From assembly GCF_001194135.2 (NCBI RefSeq), contig NC_068988.1, positions 38,738,649 through 38,802,648 of the forward strand: a stretch of DNA of 64,000 nucleotides, read 5' to 3'. The position numbers and the translations under genes are program-made. This document shows, one piece after another, positions 49,040-62,500 of this stretch. The notes under the pieces were generated by a model. The model was not told the origin of the DNA. It saw only the letters and a program-made list of their open reading frames with translations, and made no database searches. This DNA is from Octopus bimaculoides. Its lineage: Eukaryota. Positions within the stretch are counted from its first letter, which is position 1, and every line of letters starts with the position of its first letter.

Positions 49040-49430
49040 AGGCTGTGTGTTAAGAAGCTTGCTTCCCAACCACATCATTCTGAGTTCAATCCCATTGCAT
49101 GGCACTTTGGGCAAATGTTTTCTTCTAAAGCTTCTGGCTGACCAAAGCTTTGTGAGTGGAATTGGTAGATGAAAACTGAAAGAAGCTTGTCATATATATG
49201 TGTATGTATGTGTGTGTGTCTTTGTGTCCGTGTTTGTCCCCTACCACTGCTTGGCAACCGGTGCTGGTGCGTGTTTACATCCCTGTAACTTAGTGGTTCA
49301 GCATAGGGACTGATAGAATAAGTACCAAGCTTAACACACAAAAAAAAGTACTGGGGACAATTCATTCAACTAAAAGTTCTTCAAAGTGGTGCCCCAGAAT
49401 GGCCACAGTCTAATGACTAAAACAAGTAAA
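49040..49430 (+). mobile_element. SINE family A, full copy
   Basis: Both halves with a central TA/TG microsatellite. Confidence 0.85.
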
Positions 49431-50329
49431 ACTTCATAACTAACCTAGAATTGAACATCAACGACCGACCCATGAGTCATGGTTTCTTCCTCTCTTTCAC
49501 ATCACCAGTCTTGGAAACATTATTAAAAATCCCAACACTTCCTTTTCTCCTTCCTAAAAATAGAATTGGTGAGCTTCTATGTGGTAACTCACTCAATTAA
49601 AAATAGCATCCAAATGTCCCTCAAAGTTTATCCTAACCTTACTGATTAAGCCATAGAAATTGGTATAGTGGTTGCAGGTATGGCCATATAGTTCAGAGTT
49701 TCACTGACTGACAACATGGTTCTTGGTTCCATCACACTGTCTTGCACTTAGGGGTCTATGTTTTCTACAGTAGCTCCAAAGTGCTCAGTACTTTGTCAGG
49801 AAAATTTTATGTTTGGGAGACAGATGCTATACAAAAGCCTGTCTTGTGCATGCGTGCACGTATGTGTGTGTGTGCGTGTCTATTGCCAATGTATATTGCT
49901 GAAATTTGGGCACTTGGAAAAGACTGGATAAACCAGTGCTCCATGAAAGAAGTTACTTGAGGTATTTGTTCTGCATTGAGTCAGACACTGCTCCTTTCTC
50001 ATTCTTGTCATTAGAAATGCAGAGAACTTGCGACTGCCTGGTTGGAACAATTTAATCAACAATGCTATTGTTCAGTAAAAATTAACAACACCATTATCTG
50101 CACTGAATGCAAAACATGCAACAGGTGTTCCACAATATGAATGCGTGTGAGTGTGTGTGTGTTTGTGTGTGTGTGCGTGTGTGTGCATGTGTGTGTCTAC
50201 AGCAAAACACCTGTATCTAACTCACTATCATGGTTTAACCTCTCATCACCTGGCACTAAGCCCCCTCCTTCAATACTACTCCCCTTCTCATTTAAGAGGG
50301 ATCTTTGTTTTGCAAGGTACTTGGTAACA

Positions 50330-50480
50330 TCACCAGTGCTGGTGCCATGAAAAAAGCACCCAGTAGACTCTGTGAAACTGTAAAAATCATGCCAAAGCTA
50401 ACAAAAGAACTCGGTACAGTCCTCAAAACATCGAACCTGTGTCAGCATGGAAAACAGGCATTAAATGATGATGGTGGTGC
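50330..50480 (+). mobile_element. RTE tail (family D), degraded
   Basis: ggtgccatgaaaaaagcaccc ... catggaaaacaggcattaaatgatgatg. Confidence 0.65.
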
Positions 50481-51007
50481 TGGTGTTGGTGATTGTGTGT
50501 GTGTTTTACCTTGTGTACATGCATTCATCATACTCATAGCAACCAATGAGGCCAGCACTGTTTGCTTGCTTCCTGGTTATTCAGGAATCAGGATGAAAGA
50601 TTTGATTGTTGTTAAAAAAATTAGCTGTCAAATCTTTTTCCAAATCATACCTTATCATCATTAAACAATATGGAAGAGTATACTGGACAATGATAATCTG
50701 CAAACAACTCAAAAGTGGAATAAATCAGTTTGCTGATTTAGAAGTAAAAATAAAACCTAATGTTTATCCTCAGAGAGGATACCATTTTCTTCAGAGAAAG
50801 ACCTTATTCTCAAATGAGTTTTGCTGTCTAAAACTTTAAACCTTTCTACTTTCCTATAGCAAGATTCACTTTCGAATTGTTTGTACTCAGTAATTGCCAA
50901 TACAGGCCATCACTAGTTTTCACTAGTTTCCATGGGTCTTACTGTTTACTTTATAGGATAATGTAATGTAAGATAAACTTATTCTAAAATCACAGGATGG
51001 TGATGGT

Positions 51008-51580
51008 GGCAGGCATGACTGTGTGTTTGTTTAAGAAGATCACTTTTCAGCTACATGGTTACGTGGTTTCAGGTTCACTCCTACTGTATGGCACCTAGGG
51101 CAAGTGTCTTCTACTATTGCCCAGGGCCAACCAATGCTTTGTGAGTGCATTTGGTAAATAGAAGCTGTGAGGAAACCCATCATGTGTGTGTGTGTGTGTT
51201 TATGTTTTCATAATTTCTTTTGAAGTTAGTGGCTGGATGGTAAAAATATTTTGTGAAGGATTATAAATTCAGCCAGACTAAAGCAAAAATGTGACATGAG
51301 ACATTTTTCTTGCAGTAGAGTGAATGTTTCTTAATCAATTCATATTCAACTCTGGTCAATAAATTCATTTAGTCTTGACAAACTATATTGACCTCTGTAA
51401 AATGTATATAGACTATGTGTTGGTTTGTTTATGCCCCCCCCCCTAGCTTAGTGGTTTGGTAATAGTGATCAGTAGAATGAACTCCAAATTTAACAATGAT
51501 CACTGGGGTTGATTTGTTTTACTAAACCCTTCAAGGTGATACCCCAGCATTGCTGCTGTCCAATGACTGAAACAAGATGT
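51008..51580 (+). mobile_element. SINE family A halves separated by about 230 bp of unrelated sequence
   Basis: First half 51008-51185; second half 51410-51580. Confidence 0.65.
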
Positions 51581-54042
51581 GTGACTTAGAAATAGTGAAG
51601 AATTATAAATCTGAAATAAATAAAAACATGGAATGATAATTAAGAGGGTTTTATTTAACTTTTCCACACGTCAGTAAATCAGTTTATCTCTATCAACAGC
51701 TATGAAATGTAGATATATGAGGTTTTAATTTTGACATGAAAGATAAAAACACAGAAAATGCATACTGTATTTTCCAGCATACTGCAGTTTTTCAGACTAA
51801 AATTTACTGTCAAAACAGTTAGGTCAATTTGTACACCAAAATGGCTTTGGAGGACCAAAAGTTCCATGTGAAATGCAACAAGATTTGGAAAGATAGTGAT
51901 GATGTTTGAATATTTACATTACTTACTATGTTGACTTGTATCTCAAAATACAGTATGTTGGATATACTTGAAAAGTGTGACTATCTTGTTGCTGTGATTT
52001 TATATTGTTTCAGCTATGTTTGTTGTGACTAATTAGTACTTTCACTGTGCCAATCAGTCCACTATTACCTAGTACTTTTTGGAGGCTACATTGACTGGGA
52101 CCACCACTCTAGACTGCACATCTTCCAACCACTGCAAATAATTGGAAACTCCTTTCCTTTTAAGCCATTCTTGTAAAGACCTGTTGAGCCCACCTACCTC
52201 AGCAACCAAAGATGCAGTACCAGATTGCAGAGTTCTAGTCAATGCAACAAAACGTTCCAGTAGTCACAGTGCTGCTGGCTGTGATCTTGGCAGAGATAGT
52301 CACAACATATTTAAGTAGCAGTTGGCAGCTTACCAGCCATAAAATTATCAATTTGGATACAGTTTTTACCAGCAACTCTGATACTGCTATACAGTACTAT
52401 GACCAGCTTGACAAACATGCTGCCTATTAGAACTGTGATCAAGTTCACTCAGGAACTACCGTGAACTCATCAGATTTCCTTTTATCAACATCTGAGATTA
52501 TTGGCCTCTCCCTGACCAACAATTTCTACCAGTGGTTCTAAACTTTTCTACCACTATGTATACTTTCTTGCTCACAGATTATCTCTTTATAGACATTTAT
52601 TTGTATATATTCAATAGTACTACCTTAGGATGACTTGAGATGGGATAGGATTATTGTTATGATTAGAGTCAGAGTTTAGAGTTAGGGTTAGGGATTAGGG
52701 TTGACCACATACTAAAGTGGTACCCTATATTCACTTCTTTTCACTATATTGTAACATTTATCTTATTAGGATGTCTGTTACATGCTTCTTTTTTTTGTTA
52801 TTTTTCATGTAAAAAAAAAAATGAAGCCTTATATTCTGTACACATTTTATAGTGGTTGATATAATTTGCCAAAACTAAATAAATTTTTTGACCAGACTTG
52901 AATATGAATTGATTAAGAAACATTCACTCTATTGCAAGAAAAATGTATCATGTCACAATTTTTGTTTCAGTCTGGTTGAATTTACAATCCTTCACAAGAC
53001 ATTTTTACCCCGCAGCCACTAACTTCAAAAGAAGTTATGAAAATGCATAAGCACTAGCTCTATTGACAAAACAAGAAAATACATAAGATATCATGTTTGA
53101 TCAAAGACATTCTAACTTTAACTACACTTTTTTTTTCCTAGTTCCCAGGAACACATCAACCATGTAATTTCTCTTTTGAAGAAAGTATAAGCAGGATCTG
53201 ATTTGACTAAGATTTGGTTCTATTTCTGACAGGTAAATTGGTAGATTCCTTAGATTAAGCCCTATTTTTGACAAACTGAGCATAGGACAAAACAAATGCT
53301 TTGTAATATTTCTTTTGGCATTTGGTGCTCAGAATTCAGATCTGGCAAGGGTAAACTTTGCTGTCTACCATTTGCAGAGTAGATAAACTAAGGTACCAGT
53401 CCAGGGCAATGAATTGGCACAAATGTTGGCTGAGATACCCTACAGTGTTTGTTTGTTCTGGCTCTTTGCATTCTTGCCTGGATTTAGCACCAACACCTGG
53501 TCCTTAGTAGGGTTTACTCAAGGCAAGAGTAACCTTTTTTGAGATATGGGCCACTTGAGACATAGCTCATTATCAAGCAGGCTGCACTACTAAAAATACC
53601 CAAGATAATTTTTCACGGGATGTGCCATTCAGAAAGTGCCATAGGCTGCAGTTTAGCTGTGACTGGTTTACTCAGTTGTAGGTATTTGGTTTGGGGTTAT
53701 CTCCCACCTCACTGCACAAAACCTCAGAAGACTTTAAAAAAAAGGTATTATGAATGCTGTTCTTTTGTATGTGAGTAGTAAAGATTAAAGATCAAGGGAG
53801 CTCATGGAGTTTCCTTTGTTGTTCAAAATTAAGATTAACTTTATTAGTGAGTATAGCATGCATAGGATAAGCAGTTGAGCATCTGATAGACAACAACACA
53901 AAACCAATAACATTGGGAGAAAGAAAAGGTTAAAAAAGTATGAAAATGGATGAAAATTTAAAAAGAAGAGGGAAAAAGAAATTACTTTAGTGATGATTGA
54001 TTGTTGCTAAACAAGTAGTCAGTGCTGTGACAAGCCAATAAT

Positions 54043-54235
54043 CCTGAAATTTGGGGAAAGGGGATGAGCTGATTACATCAACCCTAGTGTGTAACTGGTA
54101 CTTAATTTATCGACCCCGAAAGGATGAAAGGCAAAGTTGACCCCAGCAGCATTCGAGCTCAGAATGTGAAGACAGATGAAATACCGCTAAGCGTTTCGCT
54201 CCACATACTAATAATTCTGCCAGCTCACCGCCTTT
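54043..54235 (-). mobile_element. SINE family B
   Basis: 16-bp TSD g[t/c]gacaagccaataat (54027-54042 and 54236-54251); CpGs retained. Confidence 0.88.
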
Positions 54236-54958
54236 GCGACAAGCCAATAATGTAGCATCCATGCCAGAGCCTGGGAACTTTTTCAGTTTTGGTAACCAGG
54301 GCTGGGAATCCCAAGTTTTTCTGCACTTATCAATTTGACTCCAGTTGTACCATTAAGTACATAAGAATGTGTAGAGCTACGTCTGGCCTGAGAGAAATGA
54401 CGATCACACTAAGCGTCATTATTTAAAAAGTTATAATGAATTAATTAGATGGTTATAATACTTAGGATACCTCTATGGAGTATTGGAAGCAACCTTTTCT
54501 TAGTAAATATAGATTTAGAGGCTTAAGTAATTTAGTTTCCTGTTTATCATATGACTTAAGGGAGAACTTCATCAGTGAGTAGACCCTATTGTAGAAATCG
54601 GGTTATCCACTCAAAATTTCTTCACTCTTAACTGTGGAAAGCAGTTTTATATAAGAATCTATTTTTGTTGGAAAAAATGTCATGTTTGAAACTATTTTTT
54701 GTTGAGATATGTGAAGTTTGTTGAGGCAGCATGACTTGCAGAAAATACCAATTCTATTTTTTGGTAGATATTTAGCACCATTACTGGAATAACCATGAAA
54801 TTTAATTTCACAGTTGAAGGGATAAATTTTAATGAGGGCGAAATTTTCCATGGGACCGAGGATTTCCACATCATATCATTTGACCTATTAGAAATAACAA
54901 CAAAGTTACTCATGTCACACCTCACCATTTTAAGAAAAAAAAAAGGACATATCTAGAT

Positions 54959-55243
54959 CAGGGGTTTTCAAACTTTTTGACTTGCAGACCCATTTATATT
55001 TCAGGCTTTACCCTTATAAACGCTTATGAAATTTATACATAAATATTTGCTTAAAATAACACATTTTTACATTTATTTATTTAACAGTATTTAACAAAAT
55101 AGGTTTATTGTCAATTAAAAGATTTCGATCAAAAAACATATATAAAATCAAATTGCCCATAAAAAGTATTTGCTGTCCACAGACTCCCTGTCTTGTCCTT
55201 GTGGACCCCCTGTGGTCTGCGGATCACAGTTTGAAAACCCCTG
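54959..55243. mobile_element. hAT MITE
   Basis: Perfect 16-bp TIR caggggttttcaaact; TSD atctagat/atttagat. Confidence 0.9.
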
Positions 55244-55254
55244 ATTTAGATGAT

Positions 55255-55455
55255 AGTTTCAAATTTTGGCACAGGGCCAGCAGTTTTTGGGGAGAAGGGG
55301 CAAATCCTTTAACAGCGACCCTAGTACTTGAATAATATTTATTTTTATCGATCCCGACGGAATGAAAGGCAAGATTGACCTCATCGGAATTTTGAACTCA
55401 GAACATAAAAACGGACGAAATGCCACTAAGCATTTTGTCCGATGTGCTTGCCACC
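55255..55455 (-). mobile_element. SINE family B
   Basis: atttttatcgatcccgacggaatgaaaggcaag ... tttgaactcagaac. Confidence 0.8.
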
Positions 55456-55973
55456 TTATGTACATATTTATATAATGCAATGCTAAGATATTCCTAAAAT
55501 ATGGGCTATTTACGATCATAGGGCTACTCGCTCAAAGTTGACTTGGGGGCTTAACGACAGCGACGACCACGATAGTACCATGATAATCTAAAAAGCATTA
55601 TTCGTATTAGCACAAGGCTGCCGTTGAGTTGATTGAAATGAAGCCATTACATTATCTGTTAGTAAGTTTATTGACTACGCGTAGGAATCGAACTAGTAAT
55701 GTGAAGAGCTGAAATGAAATGCTGAAAGGTATTCAGTCCATCATTAACTTTTCTCCTCCAACTAGGAAGCCTCTATGTGATTTACTTTATCTGCTAGAAA
55801 TTGCAGTCAAGGTTTCCTTTACATCAAAGACAACTCCTCTGAGAAAGGAAGGACACATTAAGTAAACATGAGGCAAATAATTAAAGCTGAATGAAGCTAA
55901 ACAACTACAAATGCATAGCTGTCATGATGCTCTGTTCCACACGTATGTTGTGTGACAGACTGTGTGCGTGTGC

Positions 55974-56005
<32 letters not shown>

Positions 56006-56070
56006 AAGATAGATAGCTAGATAGAGAGAATGTGGGAGAGAAAGAAAAGATAGGTAGAAAGAGAGAAAGG

Positions 56071-56106
<36 letters not shown>

Positions 56107-57436
56107 AAGAGATAGATAAATAGAGAGAGAGAGAGGGAGGGAGGGACAGAGGTTTCCCCATGAGATAATTAAATTAGAAATTTGACGAACCTAAACTAAA
56201 CATGATTCTTATCGAAAACAAAACAATAAAAAATGCATGAATTATAAAAAAAAAAACAACCATTCTCTTCTATATAACTTTTGACATTTTCCTCGTCAGT
56301 ATGAAGCAAAGAATATAGATTTAAGAATCAAATAATTGAAGGAAAAGACAACCAATACAGTAACAATCGCTTATTGTCGCGAGCTGATACGGAACCTTTT
56401 TGATAACAATAACCGGCTGGTGGCATTAAGCGGAAAATATAACAATACCTCGAACTTTTGGTGGACTCACTGATTTTTGGGGTGACTCGCGATTATAATG
56501 AGTGATTTCCATTGCGTAATGTGTGTGGATATATAACATACATATATACGTGTGTGTGTAATTGTTTTTCTAGTTAATAGTACAGAAGTATATTTTGTAA
56601 TAAAAACATAATAAAACAAATTTAGGCTGGGAAAACTAAATGTACTTATACGTTTACAAGGAATAATTATTCTTCACGGAAGAAAAAAAATATTCAGCTG
56701 AAAGAACACATCTTTTAATAAAAGGATAGAGATAAAAGAAGAGACAACGATAAACAAATGGAAAATAATATAAGCCAAAAAAAAAAAAAAGTTCAAAGAC
56801 CCAGAATTCCATTCCCTCTTCTCTCTCTCTCCTTCTCCTCATGCACACCATATCACACGCACGTACGCACACAGACACGCATATACACACCATAACACAC
56901 GCACGTACGCACACATCATATTATACAAACACGCATACACACACACATCATATTATACAGATACACGCACGCGCGCGCGCACCGTGTTTTCCAAAGACTG
57001 CGCTTGTTTTTAGGTGCAGCCTTAAGAATAAAACAGTTGCAATAACAGACACAAGCGATTTGAATGTAATTTTGGAATACAGTGTGTGTATGTGTGCGTG
57101 TTCAGCCTTGTTATTTCTCTAGTAAAATACCATTTCGGATATATACATATTTATTATATTAAATAACCGAGGTTTAATTATAGCAGACAACCTTTTTTTC
57201 TCACTTTGGTAAGTTGTTGATTTAATATTGTTTTAATTGAAATATCATTGTTATTGTTATTTCTATAAGCCATATCCTCTGTCCACAACAAGGAACTGAG
57301 TGTGTGTATTTGATATTTCTGTCTATTTCTTTGAGATTAATATTTCTCTCTGTCTCCCTCTTTGGGATTGGTTTTTGTCTGCTACTGTGGTATGTTTTTT
57401 TTTATTTTATTTTTTTACTTCTGTGTCTGTGCGTGT

Positions 57437-57467
<31 letters not shown>

Positions 57468-58278
57468 TAATAGTAATTTCGGTATTTTTGTTAGTTTTCG
57501 TGCGAGTGTTTGGATGTAGTCTCAGAATGCGTATTTAGAAAGATGTCATTGTGCCTACCTATGCCTCTGTATGTGTGTGTGTATGTATTTGTTATGTTAT
57601 TGTGCGCGTGTATATCTGTGTATATGTGTGTGTATGTGCATACATATATATATATATATATTATACATATATATACTAGGATGTATGTATCTATGTTATT
57701 GTCATTGTGTTATATATATATATATACTAGTGTGTATGTATCTTTATGTTATTGTGTGTGTGTGTGTCTTGTGCCAGTGTGTAAAGCATTTTATGAGAAC
57801 CTTTGTCTGGTTTGATCGCATTGTGTATGACAGTGAATATTAACATGTAAAGGTTTTATGTCTGACTTGGCGGATATTGGGAGAAAGAGAAAGAGCGAAA
57901 ACATTTTGTATGTGTGTGTGAACAAATATAGTTTATATCGCACTGGAGATTACCATAATTACAACGACAACAATACGCACACATATCAAAAAGAGAATGA
58001 CATGATTAATATTTGGATTTCAGATTATTCCTAAAATTTTATGCTTTAAATCCTGACGAAAAACTCTTAACTATTGTCATTGTCAGATGTGCTGGTAGTT
58101 TATTATTCCATATTGAGGGCTACTCTATTTGTACAGTGTATATGTTTATGTTTATCTATTTATCGATAGATAGATAGATGCGTGTGTGTATATATGTATA
58201 AGCGTGTGTGTTTATATAGATGTATAAGCGCGTGCGTGTATATATATATATATATATATGCGTGTGTATATATAAATT

Positions 58279-58336
<58 letters not shown>

Positions 58337-59939
58337 CACACACATATCTATATATATAGAGAGAGAGAAAGAGAGAGAGAGATAAGCGTGTTTGTGTGTA
58401 TATAAATCTATAAGCGTGTGTGTGTATATATGTATAAAGCGTGTGTTTGTGTATGTATACACACACACATACACATAGATATATATATATATATATATAT
58501 GGGCGTTTTGCAAAATCTTTCTAGAATGACCTCTTGTATAATAGAATTTACAGTTTTTCACCCCTTCTCTCCCTCCTCCCAAAACACTAATAGAAATATC
58601 CACTAAATAATTTTTAAACTAATTTAAAAACTGTGTACATGTGTTAGGAATGTCAACCCAGACATAGACGAACTTAATAATACAAATAATGTCTGAGTGA
58701 TGCTGTAGTATTTTTATCTTGAGCCGCGAATGTATATATACGTATATATATATATTTCAAAATTTGTTAAGTCACTGTATACACGCTTGCTCGGATATTT
58801 ATTATACATCATCCATCCGTATATAATGTCTTTTATAACAAACATATTTTGGTAATTCCCTTTGTTCTGTATCTTTTTACTTCATAAAGTATTGGATGGA
58901 ATAGAACCTTGTAAATTTCTTTGCCTATGTAATACCTTAATTTTCTTTTGTTTTGTGATGGTTTTGTTATCTACTTTTAGCTTTAAATTGCGTTAATTTA
59001 TAGAAGAATTAATGACATTTCTTGAATTTTTGCAATTTGGTATAATTATATTATAACTGCTGTAATTCAGAATGTTTCGATCAAAGGCAATAGATTTTTA
59101 TAACTTTACAGAACAGATTAAGAAACAACAGTGTAATGCTTAGAGTATGTATGTATGTATGTATGTATGTATGTCGAACATACGGATGTATGTATGTATG
59201 TATATGTGTATGTACAGATGTGTGTGTGTATGTTTGTATTTACGGATGTATGTATCTGTCTGTGTATGTGTGTGTGTATGTCTGGCTTTAATTACAATTA
59301 TTTCACTACACTTCAATACTTTATCAAAGATCTTTCAAGTAATAGGATGTATTAAAACAATTTCGTTTTAAGGTATCTCTTGTTTAATACAAGTAATATC
59401 GACTCGGTACTGTTAGCGTATTGAGTACTTTTTCGAGTTACACTCTAATCGATCTATAATCGATATGTAACGATCACTCACACACATACATACATACATA
59501 CATGTTCGTACACATACATGAATACCCGTACATACATATATACATACAAACACAGGTTCATGCATATATATGTTCATACGTACAGATACATACTGGTTCA
59601 TTTATACATACATACAGTGTAATTGTAAAGAAGCTTATCTGTTCTTTTCACATTCACACAAATTGATTAGTAAAAAAAAAAAGGCAATTTAAAAATTTTT
59701 TATTTTTAATACCCTCTCTGTTTCTCTGATATGAAAAATTCTACGTGAGCGAACATACAAATGTTGACAGAAGATAATGTAACAAACAACAGACTCAACG
59801 TTTGCCTGTCTTGTTGCAAATATGCGTGTATAATATATAACAGAGAGTGTATAGTTGATGTATTAATAAAGCATGTTCACTGGGGATGTTGTGAGCTATT
59901 CCTTCCTTGTAGTATAATGGCATTAATTTTTTTTCACAG

Positions 59940-60047
59940 ACGATACGATATACATAAATCCGGCTGAGCAAAAATGAAAAAACTATATAAAAATGCTAAG
60001 TGGTTTACTATCGTGTTTAAACAGTTCTTCCTCTCCAGTTATCAATG
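59940..60047 (+). other. Candidate exon (5' UTR or first coding; MLSGLLSCLNSSSSPVIN from 59993)
   Basis: Strong acceptor atttttttttcacag| and donor ATG|gtgcgt; no recognised homology. Confidence 0.25.
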
Positions 60048-61595
60048 GTGCGTCAATTATGACTAGGAAGCGGGGTTAGAGTTAGGGGTTAGTTGTTGTT
60101 GCCTGTTTAGCTGTTTAACCCTAGGTCACCCCTACCCAAATAGACATATAAAGGTATGCCTTCTACTCGTCTAGTCTGTTTGCATTGTTCTATTTATTCT
60201 CGTGGCTGTCTTAGTATATTATAAACTCCCTGGCAAATCAATACACTGAACCCTAGAGTTTTTATTTATTGACATACAGAGCTGAACATCTGACCCTGTA
60301 CCTGATACCCCTACCCCACGGCAAATGCCTAGCTTTCCCACGTTTTAATATGGCACTGTATATTTTCCCGTTTTCTTGTTTTAAATTTTAATTTTTGATG
60401 GCTCAGTATGATTTGAGAAAGATTAGATGGTGATTTCTAGCTAACCGAGCGACCACGTCGAGTCTCTCTCGTTCTCTTAGCGTGGGAATTCTTTAAGGTA
60501 ATGATTATTTGTCAAATGTTAGCTCTACATTATGTTTGTCTTTTCTCTAAGAGAATTCTTCTTTAGTTTGGATCGGTCTCAACTCTGATCCATCAGACTT
60601 ATATTATAAAAAGTGTTAGAGCTGCATTGTCCCATCTCACCCCATTCAGACATAGTGTATCGAGGGGTACACTATTCAGTGTGTCCTTTCTTGAAGCTAC
60701 CCAGGTGTGATTTGAATGAGATTTAGCTGCTATTTTCCAGCATGTCTAGTGACCATGTGGAGGTTTTTCCCCCTCGTTAGTTCTTCTTACATGAGTGGCT
60801 AGTGTATGTAGGAGTTCACTGATAGCAGATCATGCAGAATATTGGCAACATTACGCTGTGTATAAACACTGAAGTGGTATTTCTCGGAGCAGTAAACTAG
60901 CATTAAAAGACATTCTTTAATCGCTTTTCGTAACAGTGTACCTTAGAGTAATAATATATAACTTCCACAGCCAGTCGATAAACACCTAACGAAAACGTTT
61001 TCAATTGACTGTAAACCCTCTTTACCTTTCGACCAAATAAAACATACATCAAACAATTGTCAACTGCGGTATTAAAATTTAGTACTCCTATAAAGCATCC
61101 TCGATATCTATGGAATTATATAATAGCAATGTTCTGTTCAGAACAAGAAACTGAAAATGCCGTGTTTAAAGGTTGTCTGCTTGTGTGAGAGGAGTCTTAA
61201 CAATGCGATATTCTACCAATTAGTAAACCTGAGGGCTGCTATTGTCACAAAACGCTAACTTGATTCTTCTTTGCTAACAATCTGCAGCCGGGTGCAGCAG
61301 TGTACAACAGACACAGCCAGGAACCCGCCACCATTAAATCCTACTGACGCTGATCCCGCCCCTACCCCGCATGCACATAACGGTTGATAGTTGCCACCCC
61401 GTTGTAAAAATTTGTGAAATGAAAATAAAATATAAAGTACATCCGCTTGAGATATTAAGCATCACGTCTGTTTTTATATTTCTGTCTCTGCCTCTGTCTG
61501 TCTGTCTCTCTTTCTGCCTTTTTATTTGGATTTCTGGTTGTCATCTGCCAGTCTCTCTCTGTCTTTTCTCTTTCATACTATCTTTGTGTGTGTGT

Positions 61596-61670
<75 letters not shown>

Positions 61671-61952
61671 CATGTATAATACATCAGGATCTTTGTTTTC
61701 TTAGCTTGTATATGTATATCCATTTATATATTTGTGGTAGTTTAGCCCTTGGTTAATTACTGATCGAGTAGAACTTATGACGGGAACCATTCCAGCTTTG
61801 ATCCTCTGTTTCCTCTTAAGGGATTTAATACAGCATTATCAAATGTGTATGCTTCCTTGTTTAAGACAGTTATATGAACTGAGGGTGATTTAGCTGCTGT
61901 TTCTAGCAAGTGCAGCGACTGCGTATAGGTTCCTTTTCTTTTTTGTATGTAG

Positions 61953-61995
<43 letters not shown>

Positions 61996-62414
61996 AATTG
62001 TGTGCTTGTGCACTTGCAGAGTTGGCACTCCCCAAGTTATAGAAGCTAGCTTTTTTGGTTGGTTTCCTCTAAGCATTGTACTACTTAATAACATGATGTC
62101 AATAGCCAACACAGAGGTCTCTATGTGGTTGTTTAACCTGCTAAAAATAGCTGCCAAATTTCCTTCTGCTTATGCTTTGAAATTTTAAACAGGGAAGCAA
62201 CAGATTGGATAAAGTTGTTCTACATGTAGCTGTAAAAAGTTGTCCTGGCTGGATAGTGAATCCTTGATGAGAGATCTACTGGCTGAGAGTTAACATGGCA
62301 GCTAAACAAAATTATCATTAGCATCTACTCTTATGTTAACAGTGTTATTGGGAAAGGAATGAATGTCTCACACTTGTAATCAAGAAACTCTAGAAACAAT
62401 GGTGGCTCTTAACA

Positions 62415-62500
62415 ATCATCATCATCATCATAATCATCATCATCATTTAATGTCTGTGTTCCATGCTGGCACAGGTTGGATGGTTTGACAGAAGCTGACC
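62415..62500 (-). mobile_element. RTE tail (family D), short
   Basis: (CAT)n ttaatgtctgtgttccatgctggcacaggttggatgg. Confidence 0.7.

Larger units (their letters stand above)
54100..61950. promoter_or_regulatory. CpG-retaining domain, candidate promoter/5' region (direction unresolved)
   Basis: CpG visibly far more frequent than in flanks. (GC)n at 56969-56981, GTAAGT donor at 57209 (+), Inr-like TCAGTT at 57299-57294 (-), GC box ccgcccc near 61358. Confidence 0.45.

Noticed and set aside
54603-54928. ORFs 54603..54869 and 54692..54928 as protein genes
   Set aside because: No recognisable domain; at most a 5' UTR exon after the acceptor at 54885.
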